Made by a program: the position numbers and the translations under genes
Shown here: positions 61,491-64,000 of the stretch, one piece after another
Layout: every line of letters begins with the position of its first letter
Numbering within the stretch: the stretch's first letter is position 1
Notes under the pieces: model-generated
Seen by the model: the letters and a program-made list of their open reading frames with translations, nothing else
Databases searched by the model: none
Told to the model about the DNA's origin: nothing
Assembly (NCBI RefSeq): GCF_001194135.2
Contig: NC_068990.1
Location: forward strand, 65,187,479 to 65,251,478
Direction: 5' to 3'
Length of the DNA stretch: 64,000 bases
Source of the DNA: Octopus bimaculoides
Taxonomy: Eukaryota

Positions 61491-64000
61491 GTCCTCTAAA
61501 CTCTGAAAGAATATGTTTTGTCATACTGTTACAAACTATGTGCAGATTATCTTATAAATATTCTGGATTTTTTTATACTGGTTTAGTCTTTTCATATATA
61601 TTTATACCATTAAAAGAATCACTTTGATGGTGGTTTAGATTTATAAAATTTTTTCATTTTCTTTATGATTCCTTCAAGATTTGGTGGTTGAGCTGAAGTT
61701 GATTTGTAAGTATCAATGTAAAGTTAAATTTAATATGAATATAAACTTTATTATATAATTTGTAAATTATCATCATCAATGTTTTAATGTTCATTCTTTA
61801 TGCAGATATATTCTGAACACCCATCACACAGAATATCTGTCTTGTTAACTATGAAATCTAGATTCTTGAACTCAGAACCTCGTCACTGTGAATATTCTTA
61901 ATAAGCTGAAATTGAAATAAAGCCTTTTTAATATTGAATTATTCTTCTGTCATTCTTACTTATAATTCTTTGATATCACGTATCATGGAGAAACCAGTCA
62001 ATTTCATTGTAAACATTGAAAGAATATTCAGAAATAATTCAACTGTCTTACAGATTCAAAATATTTTGTTTCAGATAGTGAAAGCACAGTTTCTTTGCTA
62101 ATACATGAAATATGTAAAATAAAACTATATCCTCTACAGTTATGTTGCATTTGCATAGTTGTCCCTTTGGATGTCTGGTCTCCTTGATCTTTGATTTAAG
62201 AATTTTCTTATATATATGTTTAGCTGTAGGTATGTATATATGTTCCTATATAGCAGGTTACTGTACTGCTTTTTGTCTACCATTTCCACTTGCAAGGCAC
62301 AGGCCAGCATAGCATGTATGTATAACCTGTATCTATACATGGGGAATGCTCTATCTTTGCAGGTGATTGCTGTCTCTTTGTGCTTTCTCATTGTCAATGA
62401 TTTGGATGAATAGTGCTGCTCAGTGACAGGAAGATACAATGGTGATATTAGGATAAGACACCTGCTGCCTATGTGCAGATTTATACCTGTCAGTTTTCAA
62501 CTGGTTAGATCTGCGCATGTTACTACACTTCCACTAAAGAAATTTCAGTTGGTGAAATGACAAATGAAGTCACCGTAAAGAGACATCTGTATGTCATTGG
62601 ATTATTATGATAATTGCTTGTACAACATGAGTACTGCTCTCTCAGTTTCTGTGATTAGCACCTACTGACAGGCAGGAGCAAGATGACCAGTAATTATGTA
62701 TACGTACTGTTAAGTCTATATCTTCTGCTTCTTTGATATTCTCTCATCTCTAATATGTCATTTGCTCATTCTCTGTTACTCATATCACCATTGCTTATGT
62801 ATCCATCACTCATTTTTATCACCCCTCTCTCATTCTGTTCATCCTCTTTGCACTGTGTTGTTGATGTAACTAAGGATGAAAGTGGACCTCTCCTCTTCAC
62901 CATACTATGCTTCCAGTTTAGCAAGTGATGTATATATCAGTCTTTCAACTCTTGCTCCCCATTCCCATTATCCTGATTCTTTTATCTTCCCCTCCTCAAC
63001 TATGTAATACTGAATGAGCAAACACATCATAAAATGATGAGGCCTTTCTAATCTTACAAGGTGCAAGGTCATCCACAAGTGTTGGTGCCATTGCAAATCT
63101 ATTTAGGACTTCCTGTACAGTGAAATGTGAGGACAAGAGGTCCTCTTAGCCTTGTTACGATGACATCTTTAGTGCTAGCACCACAAAATGTACCCAGTAT
63201 ATTCAGTAAAATACGGAATTGAGGACATGAGATATTCTTTAGTGTTGGTTCCAGTATACTATGAAATGGTTGGTGTTGGATATCCAGTTGTAGAAACTAA
63301 GCTAAATGAAATGTTTGAGAGAGATGTGATCCTCTACAGGAGAATAGTCCTCCCGAAAAACAACTAACTCAGATCATGATGATCCATCCAACCCATGCCA
63401 GCATATGAAGAAGATATATAAAATTATGATTAGCATGATATATTCACACTTACATAAACAGCCTATGTCTACTTTACATGCTGGACACACTGCCATGGTT
63501 TGAATCAGCACTAGTTCAGGGGTACTGCCTACCCAGACAAGACTGTATGAGTGACTAGCCTATGTAATTTTGGCTAAAGGCCAGTGAATCACATAGGCTG
63601 ATTCCATCAGACATTTTAAGCATGTCTGTGGTGATTGCTATTGGACCAGGTGTCTTCCGAGTCTACATATCTTCCAGTGCTCTCTCAACTCGATACCGAC
63701 ATGTGGTCGAAGCTTCCTTGGTATTCTAGCGGCATGCCTGTTCACCTAGGAACGAAACGGCTCTACACCAACCTAGAATAAATTATTGATCTGTTGTTAC
63801 CGTTATCCCTCGTGTTGTTGTATTTCTGGATTTTAATGATTAATATAAGAACTGACTATTCTAAAGGGTATACTAAAAATTAGGTTTTTTTTTTTTTTTG
63901 ACTGGTGACTTCGTTGATGTCTGTGTGTCTTTTTTTACCCTGAAGAAGAGGTTATCACCAATTTGTGCTCTATTGTGCCCTAAATACGGTGATATACCCC

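Noticed and set aside
62140-62620. Possible ancient RT remnant (RQG.VLSP-like) on the minus strand
   Set aside because: Too degenerate; the motif needs several assumed indels.

Overview
AT-rich animal genomic scaffold with six N gaps. It is most likely from an octopus, inferred from the [17 protein letters not shown]-type C2H2 arrays and the repeat families. No prokaryotic features, rRNA, true tRNA genes or CRISPR arrays were found. Host genes: three paralogous single-coding-exon C2H2 zinc-finger genes (34863-36098 +, 48045-49463 -, 58268-59554 +; the last two are head-to-head). There is also a decayed multi-exon ankyrin-RING-Death (MIB2-like architecture) gene on the minus strand at about 11.8-19.9 kb, absent from the ORF track, and a triplicated ~1.3-kb module carrying a Death-domain exon at 0-7.9 kb. 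The rest is mostly transposon debris: several Tc1/mariner lineages (D34D, DD37D, rosa-like), hAT, MULE, Merlin, Helitron, two Ty3/Gypsy families, RTE, R4-like and CR1 LINEs, tRNA-derived SINEs and MITEs. The most unusual element is a near-intact, intron-containing SAP-SWIM-YqaJ (lambda-exonuclease-fold) gene at 8013-9960 with no partner transposase visible. All alignments, translations outside the ORF track and coordinates were done by eye, so boundaries of decayed elements may be off by tens of bases. Family names are motif-based, not database hits.
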